Below, piece after piece: positions 11,289 to 23,908 of a stretch of 64,000 nucleotides of DNA. Source of the DNA: Camelus dromedarius. Lineage: Eukaryota. Each line of letters starts with the position of its first letter. Position 1 is the first letter of the stretch. The position numbers and the translations under genes were made by a program. The DNA is taken from positions 93,560,001 to 93,624,000 of the forward strand of contig NC_087436.1 in the NCBI RefSeq assembly GCF_036321535.1, in the 5' to 3' direction. A model generated the notes under the pieces. The model was not told the DNA's origin. It worked only from the letters and a program-made list of their open reading frames with translations, and ran no database searches.

Positions 11289-14284
11289 GTAAGTACTTTC
11301 TAACTTGCTTTTTAAAAATTCTGTTATGCTTCTCTCAGAAAGTTAACAGTGGGTCTGTGGCTTTTTTACTTTCTTTTTTTCCATGGCTTTGTAAGTTTCA
11401 TATGCTCTTATGGACTTAAAAACGTGGGAAGGGGCTCAGGAGACCTTTAAAAAAAACCTTTCAAGAGATTAGCATGACTTTCAACATTGTTCCACTTCTT
11501 TGGGGTTTCATCAACTGAGTCCTCAAGGTTGTGATAAAACCTTTTATCAGGTATTCAGTAGATGAATTAAACTTTAAAGGTAAGACAGTTCAATATGGTA
11601 TGACTGGAAAATGAGTCTAGTTTTCTGAGCTTCAGGTGTTTTAGACTTTTATATAAGCTCTTTGGTTCTGAATTTAGAATAAGAATGAAATCCATTTGGT
11701 TCTTTCCTTGCCTGGAAAGGAAAACAGAATGTGGAATCACTTGTTCAGTAAGTCCCTCATGTAGCTTGGTGTTGGAAGAATTGATACAGCTGTTAGTTTT
11801 ATTGTTTTATAACTTTTTTGAGATATTCTTTAGTTAGTTGAATTGAGACACCTGTATGAATGGCTTGACTATCTTGTAGAAAAAATTACTTTGGGCCATA
11901 AAGTTCAGTTTTATTCCCTGAGCTTTTTGAAAAGGTAAAATAGGACTTAAAAATAATTAAGTCAATCTACTTTTTTGTACATACTACTTGGAAATATGAG
12001 TGGCCCATAAAAATGTGAGCAAAACAGTATACACACACGCAGTCTCACACGTGCTCACTCACACATCTCTTTTCTGGTATCTTCCACAAATAATATCATT
12101 GACAATAGGAAGTTTGCTCATTAAATTACTAGATAGTTTCCTAAACTTTGTACTCCTTGTGTATTAACAGCTCTTCTACATTTCTGTCTGTACAGATGAG
12201 CTAGGTGAAACATTTCTAAAACAATGCAAGACAGAAAAGAACTTTGCTCTAGAAGTTCCATAGAAGCATTAAACGTAAGATCAGATTTTGTTGTTATATT
12301 GTTTGTAGTGTTAATTTATTTGTAAGTAAATTGTGTATTACTTGGAAGCAATTTTAATTTAGTTAAAGGTCTTTAATTATGAAGCTGTTTGGAAGTTAAA
12401 TAAGATATTTATGCTGAAAATATATTATGTACACACACACAGAGTATACACACGTCACAAAAACAACCCCTGAGGGTCATCAAGTCTCTCCTAAAATATA
12501 AATGCATTGAAAGCAAGGACTTTGAAAATTGTCTTCGAAAACATTTTTTTTGTTACAGTGAAATATTTCCAATAGTGAAATACGTTTGTTAATGGAATTT
12601 AAAAAAATGATAGCAGTATATTTAGTTGGATTTTTTTTAGCCTTGTATTCACATATTAAGCTTAAAATAAAGGAAATCTTATGTGGTGTAGTTATTATTC
12701 CATCCTGGAAGGATATTTGAAAGAGGATTATGTTGGAAGTCACCCATCTGTCCACAGAAGTGGGACGAAAGAGCAAAAGATTAATTCTCTGGGCTTTAGG
12801 ATCCAGATATTTGCAGTGGTATTTAGATTGGAAATATAACTTAGCCCCAGAAAGTAAGCTACTTAAACTACCTTTCAAATAATTTAGCAGTTTAAAGTTT
12901 AAATAATTTAAAGTTTAATATAGTCTCTGGTGAAATATTTTCCTTCCATTACACCAAAATATTCCCTTTGTGGAATTGCTGTAAAAGTTACCTTTCTGTT
13001 TTGTGGAAGCAGGGCATCTGTAGGGCTTTCGATCACCCTAATAAGCTAAAAACAGCCCCTGTGTTACCAGAGGGAGCATGGCAGAAAGATCCGTGCTTAC
13101 TAAAACTGATGTCATGAAAATTTATATGCACAGAAGGATGTATACAATTGACCTTTAAGTTAAAAAAAAAAGGCAGTTATAATGCATAGAAATGCTCCAC
13201 ATAAATCTAGTCCTGAAGAACTAGCTATGTGGAAGTAAATGTTAAGGGAGAAGGCGGGGTTGGGGGAGAAGAAAGGAAGTTCTTTCTGAAATTTAGAAAA
13301 GTCATGAGAGAATGTTCTGACACTACTTTGAGAACTGTAAGGGGTACTTAAATGAGTTGGTCATTTCTTTTGGGGGAGGTAAGCACACAGTTTTAGGGAA
13401 AATTCAGAACCCTACCACACTTCCTTTTAACTCTCTTTTGTCCTGTACTTTTATTTTTTTCTTAATCACAGATATGTTTTCAAAGTCTTCCTTATTTCAA
13501 GTATTTTATTATTGAGGTAGACTTCTGGAAACTTGAGTCTATAAGACTGACAAAATGTAGACGCACTTTTGAAAAACTAGCCATGGAATATTTTAAAAGA
13601 AGTAGAAATAGCTTCTATTGATTGTTCTGTTTAATACACGTATGTGCTGATATATGTTAATACTACAAGAGTAGTATGTGCTGCAAATTAGTATCCTTCC
13701 TTTTCCACTGCACAATAAATAATGAATTCCTATGCCAATAAATATCTACAATACCATTTTTAGTGATAGAGGAACAATTTGATCTTAGATTCTTGTTTAA
13801 TTTAAGTCGATCCTGGCTTTCAGTTAGAAGGGAGTATAAATATGTGAACTATATGGTGTGGGTTTTTCATCTGCAAATAGGGTAGGCTAGGCTTCGTCTT
13901 CTACGGTCTCTGCAGTGTTTACTGTAACCAGACATGTTCTGAATAGGAGGCTTTTGGGACTAGATATGTGTTCGAAATGGAAAATGTCACTGTTTGACAG
14001 GTGCCGTGTATAAAGCGTTGTGTCTTCTTTGGTCCCCTTGTTGTATTACCAGAGCGCAGGTGACATGTTCCTCCTGTATAGCTGTCTTCATCAATATTTC
14101 TGTGCCTAAGGAAGGAGTCTACGTACATTTCCCTCCCTCCCAAGAAGCTCTAAATATCTCAGATGAAGATATGGGTACAGAAGGAACATTTCCTAGACTT
14201 TGTAATATAATTATTGGAGCAGATTGAAATCCAGATTAATTAGAGATGCAAAATGTATTATAGACCTTTGCATGCCTTCTCAAT

Positions 14285-14400
14285 TTTAGGTTCATTTATT
14301 AAGCCAACATCTTTTGCACAACTACTGTGTGCCAGGCCTTGTGTTAGGAGCTCATTATTCAAAGATGAATGAGATGTGCCCTTGCTTTCAAGGAATTTAA
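14285..14400 (-). mobile_element. L2 3' end
   Basis: ttcatttatt...actactgtgtgccaggccttgtgttaggagct...aaagatgaatgagatgtgcccttgctttcaagga. Confidence 0.65.
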
Positions 14401-15119
14401 TTTGAGTTTCAAAATCAGATTCAAATAACATTTATTCAGTATCTAACATGCGACAAGCAGTGGGCTGGATATTCTTAAATGAGGTGTTTGACCACTAACA
14501 TTCAGTAATGGTATTTATTGACCCATCTCTTCCAAAATAAATCATGAATAGAATTTTCTAATCTTTAAGTTTTTTTCTTCCATTATATTTTCCTAAACTT
14601 TGGTACCTGCTACTACTTGTTGAGTTAAATTAGCAAATGAAAAAAAAAGTTAATAAATAACAAGCATTGAATTGATAAACTTAGAACAATGATTTTAAAA
14701 ACATGTATGTATATATTTATACACACATACGTGTGCACACACACATATATTTGGGAACCTGTATGCATGTAATGTAGTCATAATTTCTCCTAGTAGAATA
14801 GTTATTGGTTCATGTGATACAATTAAGTACACCAAGATTTCTTGGTATTCTGCCCTTAGATTGGCTCCCCTGTCTGAACAAGTGTGGAAGTCATAGCAGT
14901 GAGTCTCTAGATTGTCACAGTAATTCTTAGGATAAGGATTATTGAAACCCAGTGGGGGAAGTAACTTGCTCACATTCACACAGCTAGAAAATGTTTGAGT
15001 TAGGATTCCAACTCCAATCCATCCAACTGGACAGCCCGTGCGATGTCCATCTGACTTCTGTGAGCTCTGGAGGAAGCTAGACCCACAAATGCCATGGGCC
15101 TGCTGACGAAGGGGCAGTC

Positions 15120-15565
15120 ATTTCCTGAGGAACCATGACATGTGTTCACTGCACTGAAGAGCCGACATTGAAATAAGTCTGGAGGGCTGTGTTAGAAGAC
15201 AGGAAAGGGGAGAGTAGTGGGGCTGAAGGGAAAGCACGTGCCAAGGCACAGAGGAATGGAGGCTCACGGCATGTTCAGAGAGTGGCCAGAATTCTGCTGT
15301 GACGGGTGGGGGCATGTTGAGAGCGGAGCAGGCTCTGAGACTGAAAAGACTTGGTGCCAGAGTGGTGAGGCCTACGTGTGCCACCCCGGAGACTTGTTTT
15401 TTTTTTTTAAAAGCAATATATAGCTGTTAGAGTTTTAAGGTAGAAGAAATTTCATAATTAGATAGAAGTTTTATGAGGATCACTTGGGGGGCAGTGTGGA
15501 TTATGGACTGAAAAAGAGAATACTGGAGACTGGAGATCCAGGGTGGCTGTGTGAGGTTGTGTGGG
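15120..15565 (-). mobile_element. L2 fragment
   Basis: agcacgtgccaaggcacagagg...gttttatgaggatcacttggggggcagtgtggattatggactg matches antisense L2. Confidence 0.6.
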
Positions 15566-15984
15566 TTGTTCACTGCACAAGGGTATGTGTGAGTGTTGGG
15601 TAGTGGGGACTGATAACTATCCAACATGTTACTCACAAGCTGTATGCTGTTGGGGCTGGGCCTACCTAGAGAGGGCACTGTTAAAAATTTGTACCATAAG
15701 ATGCTCCTACATGCCTTTTAATTGCTTATAAGATAATAGGAAAGATTAGACAAAGAAATAACCGTGTACTCTAGGGCCTAAAAGAGGTGGGTATGGTGTT
15801 CTGTTTACTAACTGTATGACGCTGGGCATGTTTCCCATCTTCTCAAAGTCCATTTCCTCATCTTTAAAGGGGAGTTGGTAGTAGGATCTAGTAGGGCCCT
15901 GGACAGAGCAGTTAAGGGACATTGGTCAGAGAAGTACCTAGACGTGGGGGGTGGAGAAATAAGACGTCTCAGACTGGAAGCCAC

Positions 15985-16210
15985 TGCTAGCAGTTGTGTG
16001 CTGGGAACTGCATTAAGAATCTTAGGCATCTTATTTAGTCCTATATCAGTTCTGAGAGGTAGATGTTATCTCCTTATCGAACAGATTTTGCAACTGAGGC
16101 CTAAGGAGGTGAAATAATTTGTCTAATGTCACACAGCTTGGGAGTGGTGAGGTCAAGACTTGAACCTAGGTCTACATGAGTCCCATGTATATGCTCTTAA
16201 CCACTGTGCT
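15985..16210 (-). mobile_element. MIR SINE
   Basis: caactgaggcctaaggaggtgaaataatttgtctaatgtcacacagc...ttgaacctaggtct...gctcttaaccactg. Confidence 0.8.
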
Positions 16211-18269
16211 TAGAAGTAATCATTTGTATGTGTCGAACTCCCTTAATACTCTACTTGAATCTCTCTGTAACATATTCTAATTTTATCTTTTATTGTTCTT
16301 AACTTGAATTGAGTAATAGTTGTTCACAGAATGTTCAGTTTAATAGATTGTAAGGTCTTGAGGCCTGGGATCCAGGCTCTCACTTTTTTTTCTTTGTCTT
16401 TCATAAGTCTTTGCTCAATAAAATGGGCATTGATAAGATGAATAATCTCTAAGATGTTTTCTGTCTCCTAAAATTCAGTATTTTAAAATTATATATGTGA
16501 AGCTTCTGTAGCAGTTATTGTCAAGTGGAACTTAAAAGGGGGTCATTGGATTTTAGTTTAATATTTAGTTTTTTTTTTGTGTTTATATTATAGTTTGCTA
16601 TCTAGATCGATCCTGAAGTTTCAGGAAATTCCTGATTGCTGTTTTGTCTGAAAAATAATTTGTGACTTGCCATCCAAAACTGAAGCCAAGGCTGCAGTGT
16701 GCTGCTTTTCTGCCCTGTCGGGGGCTGTAGAGCTGTGCTTGCTGCTTCATTGCTATGGCAGGTATAAAACTATCTTAAATGATATTTTTGAGTCCATAAA
16801 AAGTACTACACTATCATTCAGGCAAGTAAGGACTTCAGTTTGTAAAAATATGTGGAACCCTTGTGCTGATGGTCATTCCTGTTTGGTCCTGGCTGGACTC
16901 AGATTTAGACAAGACACAGAAGTGCCTTCCTGGTTCAGAGCAGATTATCGGAGGCCCTTGGGGTCAGGCTGCCTGGATTTGCAGCTTAGTTTGCTTGTGA
17001 ACTCTGTGACTGTTGGCAAGAAGGCATCTGTCAAATGAGGATGGATAAGAAAAAAGATTGTGATGGTAGATGCGTGTGCCTGGCTGATTGGGAATTTAGG
17101 GTAAAAACATCTGTATCCAAAGGGGGCCACTTTTGCTCAGATACTCTTTGAAGGAGGCCAGAATTGTGAGCTTGTAGAACTGAATTTGACGGTTCAGTAT
17201 TATAGCCCGTGTTTATCCCAGGATGACCCTTTGCAGTTTTTAAACCAGAGTTCATCTTCTTTTGTAATGTCTACTGTTACTTTCGTGCACCCTGAGGAGG
17301 CCGTTTGGGCTTTGCTTCCCGTTCTGTGTGCCGGAGGAGAGGAGGAAATGATGGCTTTTAAGAAAACGGAAAATGTTATTTGAGATCAGCACTGCCTCTG
17401 GGCTTTGAAAAACTCTGGGGTTTCTTTCATCTTCCAGGAGAGTAAGCACAGGTGAGCTGCGGGGAAGGAAAGCAAACCCTGGGGAAGTTTCCTAGCTTGT
17501 CTGTGCCGCAGTTACTGGAAAAGAAGAAGGTGAGGGCCCAGAAATAGCTCTCGTGGCCTCAGGAGAGGGCAGGTTCAGGTGTGCTGGAAACAGAGCCTAG
17601 GGAGCTGCTCCTTCCCGTGGCTGCTGCTCAGGCCGGAGAAGTGGGGAAGCAGCAGAAGGGAACTCAGACCTCGGCTCTGCTGCAGAAACTGACATCTGCC
17701 TGGCCGTCACAGGCACGCGTTTCATAAATTTAAAGTTGCACAAAGATATGTGATGTTATTCCCTTTTGAAGTTTTTATCTTAGATTGCTGGAAGAGCAAG
17801 CAGGTTGGATAAAAGAGCTCGTCAACCTCAGTCTTACTCTTGTGGTTTTTGACTGCTTAGTTTTGCACTTTGAAGTAAGGGCAGGCATGGCCTGTACATT
17901 CTTGACGGTGAAAAGCAGGAGCTATCAATAAATGCTGAATTTAAAAACCGTTTCCTGGGTTACCTTCCCCAGCTTGTGACCCCTGCAAGAAACCTTCGGT
18001 CTGCTGTAAGCTGGTAATCCCTCAATACATGGTGATGGTGGTGGGAAAGATGAAATTAGGTTGCACACCTTTCCTTTTTACTTGTGGACTAATTGTTGTT
18101 TTCCTGCATTTAAGAGCAGATGTTAAACTCTTCCTTTGATGTTCCGTAGCAGACAGACTCCAGTTGTGTGTTACAACTCTTGATGCATATCTATTGTTAA
18201 ATGACAAATTACACTTTGATGGTTACACTTTGATGTGGAGCCACAGAACAGAATGGCAATTTATTCTTT

Positions 18270-18490
18270 CATCCAGCACATATTTATTGGGTTCCTGCCT
18301 GGCCCTTTACATAAATTGTTTCCAAATCTCACAAATACCACAGAAACCTTGCACACTTGATAGTGCTATCTCTCTTCTATAGATAAGAAAAATAAGGCAC
18401 AGAGAATGATTAGAAAACTCGTTCGTGGTTACATTGCTATTTAGTGGCTGGTATTTGATCCAGGGTTTTGGGCTGACTTCAAAGCTGTTA
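18270..18490 (-). mobile_element. MIR SINE
   Basis: atagataagaaaaataaggcacagaga...ggtatttgatccaggg...tgacttcaaagc. Confidence 0.6.
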
Positions 18491-18599
18491 CTGTCAGGGG
18501 GAAAGGAAGGAGTGGGCTGCCTTTTGAGGGGAGATAATCAACACAGCAAAGATCCTGAGGCATTGGAATCAAGAAAAAAAGTCGCTAACCACGAGCCCC

Positions 18600-18720
18600 T
18601 TGTTCATTCATTTACTCAGTACGTACTTATTAGGCGTCTATTTTGTGCTAGGCACTCTGCAAGGTGCTGGAAATGCAGCGGTGGGCAAGACATAATCCTC
18701 CATCATCGTCAAGGAGGAAA
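18600..18720 (-). mobile_element. L2 3' end
   Basis: ttcattcatttactcagtacgtacttattaggcgtctattttgtgctaggcactctgcaaggtgctgg. Confidence 0.65.
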
Positions 18721-19534
18721 TTGGGCTATAAGAAAGAGCGTTTGTCCCCTCACCCCTGCCCTGCCCCGCGAAGCTGCAGTGTCTTGGTTGGGCGAATGGG
18801 AGCTTTTATAAGGTTTTAAGATGCAGAAACTTCGACGCCTTAAACAAAAGTTGCTCAGTTTATTCTTATTTTATTTCAGTGTATATACTGAACTATCTAC
18901 AAATCAGCAGGGAGGTGGCTTCACTGGGAACCTTGGCCACTGTCCTCCTTGATTAGTTTGCTTAGAAATGGAGGTTGGAGTGAAACTGTGTTGTTTTAAA
19001 AAGTGTGGCAAGCAAAAATCTGAACAGTTACGTGGCAAGGACTGCATTTAATTCAGTGTGGGAACCCCCATTTTATGTAGGAGGACTCAGCACAGTGCCT
19101 GGTATGTATGTAGCAAGTGCCCAGTAACTCTAGTTTATTGGCTCAGAGATGGGACATAAAATAAGGAAGAGAGGGGAAAGGAAGCTCTTGGGGGGTGGGG
19201 GGTTGGGGGTGGGATAAGTTAAGGTAGTATCAAGGAGGACTGTGAGAGTAGCAATAAAATAAACTGTTAAGTAAGCAAGGAGAGCACATGATGTACGACA
19301 GACTTGACTCATATGTATGGACTGTTAATATCCAAGGTGGGGAGGAGCTGTGCTTAGGGAACCTGGAAATGCCACTGGGTGTGGGTGCTTGAGCTTTCTT
19401 TTGATCTTTTATCTGGACTTTTCTGACTTTCTGTTCTCACATGACCCACTGTGTCCCCCTTTCCCACTGTGAGCTTTATTTTGCTTTTTTGAGGCTTTCA
19501 GCTTTTAAGTGTAGCATTTGATTCCTTAATAAGT

Positions 19535-19627
19535 AGGGTGGCCATACGTGTCAGTTTTCTGGGACAATCTTGGCTATGCCTGTTGCCTGTTATTATTTTT
19601 AATAATGCCCCCTTTAAATATCAAGTA
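19535..19627. mobile_element. MER94-like hAT-Blackjack MITE, interrupted; other end possibly at ~19889-19910
   Basis: agggtggccatacgtgtcagttttctgggacaatc...tatgcctgttg...taataatgcccccttt matches recalled MER94; acaaatttaaatagccatccta near 19889-19910 resembles the opposite terminus. Confidence 0.6.
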
Positions 19628-19737
19628 TTTTGTTTTTGTTTTGTTTTTAAAAAATAATTGTTTATTTACTGAACCTGGGGCAGATTAGATACACAACAAA
19701 TTTTTAATTTACATCTTTTAATTCAATTCTGAAGTAT

Positions 19738-19782
<45 letters not shown>

Positions 19783-19885
19783 TTGGCATGCAACACTTGT
19801 CCTAAGGTAAAACACAGTCACTTTAACCTGTTGCAAGTATTTTCACCCAAGGTTGAAAAATTGTTTGTCCTGAACACGAAAACCA
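19628..19885 (-). pseudogene. Probable 5'-truncated retrocopy of an mRNA 3' UTR end; donor gene not identified
   Basis: On the minus strand AATAAA (19661-19666) is followed about 12 nt later by an A-rich tail (aaaaacaaaacaaaaacaaaa). The segment splits a MER94-like element and resembles no TE I recognise. Confidence 0.5.
19738..19780. repeat. Compound microsatellite (TC)n(CA)n
   Basis: Directly visible. Confidence 0.95.
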
Positions 19886-20799
19886 GTAACAAATTTAAAT
19901 AGCCATCCTACTAATAAGGAAATCTGATGTCATTCTACATCTTAAAAAAAAAGAAATCTTTGAAGCATTCAGACTACTTTGATAAATTAACTTAATGTGG
20001 ATGTAGTACCAGAAAAATTACATATTAGACTAGTGTCTGGATCTCTTATAATAAGTAGAAAGAAGAGAAAAGAATCAGATGTAGCAAGAAATAAGCCAAT
20101 TTCAACAGAAAGAACTTTAATTACAACTAGTGGCTGGCAGAGCCCTGTGCGAAAGGGCATTTAAAGGTTGTCCTGATGGTGGGTAGTGTTTGGGGCCTCT
20201 AGCATCCTTTGAGAAAATCTGGTCATGATCATCAGCTTTTGTTTAGAGTTTCATTGTTGCCACAGCAGTGCTGATTTAATTCAGATGCATTTTCATTTGT
20301 TTTCTAAGTAGAAAGTAAAGGAAATAATTTCTTACCAGAGAGGTTTTTGTCAGAGGTTTAAATAAATGACTGAAGGAGAAATTGTTAAATTCAAGTTTTT
20401 TCACTAAATCTTCTGTTCAATTGTGTCTTTTTTGGAAAACGGTAGTAATATTTTAATCAAATGAGTCATTCACATAGGGGCTGCCAGTGCGTTAATAGAA
20501 TATGTGTGGGGGGTTTTCTCTTAATAAATAGGGGTAAATTGGCTTTATAGTTCATATGCATGGATTTGAGGACACAGACTAGTGTTTTGTCATACAGATA
20601 TATGTAAAAGCTTTTTAGGTATTCAGATAACGCTTGACAATAATTGCAGTACGAGAGTTGGGTAGGATTAAAATGATACTTATTAGGACCAATCTTTTCT
20701 GTATTAATATTCTGTGAAATAGTGATATATTTACCTTCCAGTCCCAGAAGTTCTTGTTCCCTGCACTGTCTTTCATCAGAGGCTAGATTTCCAGAGCAG

Positions 20800-20995
20800 A
20801 GGGACTATACAATTCTAAAATTCTTTTTGTTTTGGAATTAAATTCTGGTTCTGCCTTAGGCAATCTATGGGTGGATTCTTTCTCTGAACCTCAATTTTCT
20901 AGCCTAGAAAGTGGGAATAGTAATATGTATTGCTTAGTGTTTATTATTAGGGTATGTATTCATTGCTGAATCTGGGATAAGTGCTAAGTGTATAA
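20800..20995 (+). mobile_element. MIR SINE
   Basis: aaattctggttctgcc...tctctgaacctcaattttctagcctagaaagtgggaatagtaata. Confidence 0.6.
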
Positions 20996-21931
20996 CACAA
21001 AGGTTGGTGTTCTCCCAGGCTTAGGGGTCAATAGCAGAAACTGAGATGGAGAGACATGTGTTACTGTTGGGAGGGTGAGACTCAAAATAGTTGACAGCCA
21101 AATTCCAGCCAGTCAGAATGGGTGCTGATGTAAACCTTCTGCACGATCATCACAGTGCTCACCCACTGAATGTCATCCTGTGTTATTGGTATCAAGAAAT
21201 CTGTGTTTAACCTGGGGTGATGTGCAAGGAAACCCATTGCATCTCCTAGTTATAAATTAATGCCTCCTCTTCTGTGCTGATCAGGAAAGCACACCATCTT
21301 TGTATGATAAGGTGAGCCTAGCTTACATGCCTGGATTCCTGTCCCTGAGGTTCCCTGTTTCTTTGGGGACTGTGCTAATCAGTGCTGCCAGCACTGTGGT
21401 AGCTCTTTGGGACTCTGCTTTCCCACTTTCCACTCCATCCCTAGCCTGAAAACATGTTCTTAACTCTCCACAGTAGATAAAAGTCAGATTTATGACTTTT
21501 AACAAAACACCGAGAATCTCTTAAAATTGGCTCCTAGATATGGCAGGCCAAGACCCATTCTCATCAGGCTCAACCCCCTCCCCCAGAAGTGACTGTCAGT
21601 ATGTTTAGATGTAGAGGCCAGGCATCAAAGAGATTAAGGCCCTAGTAGAAGAGGGAAGGTTTCCCTCTTCCTTCTGCCAGATCTTTCCTTGCTAGTTCCC
21701 ATTTCTTACCTCTGGCTCTGCCTCTTCCAGAATAATTGGGAAGTCCACCTCTCACAGGGCAGACCCTAACCCCTTTCCCCAGGGACAAGAGGACAATAAC
21801 CACAGCTATCAGAATCAGTACAGAGGCTTCCATGTAATCCTAGGACATTCCTTTCCTAAGGCAGGCGTGAGTTTGTTTAGTCATACTGGGTATATACTGA
21901 TGTGGTAAGAATCTTCAAGAAATTGTTTTGT

Positions 21932-22791
21932 TATCATCTTGTACCTGTTAGAATGACTGTCATCAAAAATACAAGAGATAAAAAATCTTGGCGAGGATAT
22001 AGAGAAAAGGGGCTCTTGGGCGCTATTGGTGGGATTATAGAATTGTGCAGCCACCATGGAAAACAGTATGGAGGGTCTTCAAAAAATTAAAAATTAAAAA
22101 TAGAACTACTATAAGATCCAGCAATTCTACTTGTGGGTAAACATCTGAAGGTGATGAAATCACTGTTTAGAAGGGATATTTGCATCCCATGTTCATTGCA
22201 GCATTATTTACAATAGCCAAGACATGAAAGTGTCCATCAACAGCTGAATGGATAAAGAAACTGTGGTATATATATCCAAGGGACTATTATTTGGCCATCA
22301 AAAGGAAGCAAATCCTGCAATTTGCGACAACATGGATGGACCTTGAAGGCATTACGTTAAGTGAAATAAGTCAGACAGAGAAAGACAAATACCGTACGAT
22401 CTCATTTAATATGTAGAATCTAAAAAATCCCAAACTTAGAGAAACGGAAAACAAATTGGTGGTTGTCTGAGGTGAGGGGTTTAGGGGTGGGAAGATGTAG
22501 TCAGAAGATACAAACTTCCAGTTATAAGATAAATAAGTTCTGGGATATAGTGTGCAGCATGTGACTATAGTTAACAATACTATATTGTATATTTGAAAGT
22601 GGCTAAGAAAATAGATCTTTAAAATTCTCATTACAAGAAAAAAATTTTTAGCTATGGCATGGTGATGGTTGTTAACTAACCTTATTGTGGTGATCATTTT
22701 GTTATATATATGTATTTCAAATCAGATATTGCACACCTTAAAGTAACACAATGTTATATATCAATTATAGCTCAGTAAAACTGGAAAGAAA
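21932..22791 (+). mobile_element. 5'-truncated L1 (end of ORF2 plus 3' UTR, L1MA9-like) with 15-bp TSD
   Basis: ORF2 C-terminal remnant (YHLVPVRMTVIK in ORF 21902-22090); 3' UTR gatacaaacttccagttataagat; A-rich end; flanking repeats aagaaattgttttgt (21917-21931) and aagaaatcattttgt (22792-22806). Confidence 0.9.
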
Positions 22792-22864
22792 AAGAAATCA
22801 TTTTGTGTGGAGACTTTTTCTGCCAAAAGACTGATGTTGTTCTCTCAACCTTAAGCTCAGGAGT

Positions 22865-23045
22865 TTGATTAGGGAAGATGGAGGAGTACCAGAAACCTAG
22901 ATTCTAGTCCAGGTTTTGCTAACTGCAAGTTATATGACCTTGAGCGACATAGGCACCTTTTCCTGGGGTCCTCATTTTCTTATCCATAAAATGATTTTCA
23001 CATGTAATTTGATTTTAAAGGTCCTTGTCAATCAGAAATTCTGTT
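22865..23045 (+). mobile_element. MIR SINE
   Basis: aacctagattctagtcc...tatgaccttgagc...cctcattttcttatccataaaatga. Confidence 0.65.
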
Positions 23046-23509
23046 GTGTCTATAATAACTCCTGAAAGTACAGAGTCCAGTTTTTAAACAGATTGAGCCT
23101 CTCTGTATCTGATGATGGTCTTTACCTGTCTTGATACTGCCCTGGTTTGTGACTGTTGCTGGAGACCCAGGCATCTGTTGCTGGACTATTCCTCCCATTA
23201 TCTGATATTATACTATTCTGCTGATAAGCTTTTCAGGTGCAATGGTAGGCAGGCTCACCAAATCTCGCCTGTGATTATCCCATGCAAAAAGTTGTGAATT
23301 TAGTCCATTGTCAGTCTGAATGGTAGTGATGATGCCACCCTATTTTAAATGTTGGATCCTCTGTGTATCTGAATGGTAGCTTCCAGTTTACTGTGTTCAA
23401 TATATTAGTTCACAGGTTAATTATTTAATTATTATTGATTTTTTTTGATAACTTGGAGTGATTCACCCTTAAAATTTATTAAAAGAGAATATTATGTAGA
23501 TTTCACTTT

Positions 23510-23867
23510 CTGCAAAAAATTCATTGGCGTTTTAATAAGGATACCATTGAATCTTCATCACTTTGGGCAGTACTGACATCCTAACAATATTAAGTCTTTC
23601 AGTATATGAACGCAGGATGTCCTTCCATTTATTTGACTCTTCTTGAATTTCTTTCACTTTCTTTTTGTAATTTTAAGTGTATTAAGCCTTTTGCCTTCTT
23701 GGATAAGTTTATTCCTAAATATTTTATTCTTTTTTGATACTGTTACAAATAGGATTGTCTTTAATTTTCATTTTGGATTGTTCATTGTTAGTGTATAGAA
23801 ATACAACTGATTTTGTGTGTTGATTTTATATCCTGTAACTTTGCTGAATTTGCTTATTAGTTCTACC

Positions 23868-23908
<41 letters not shown>

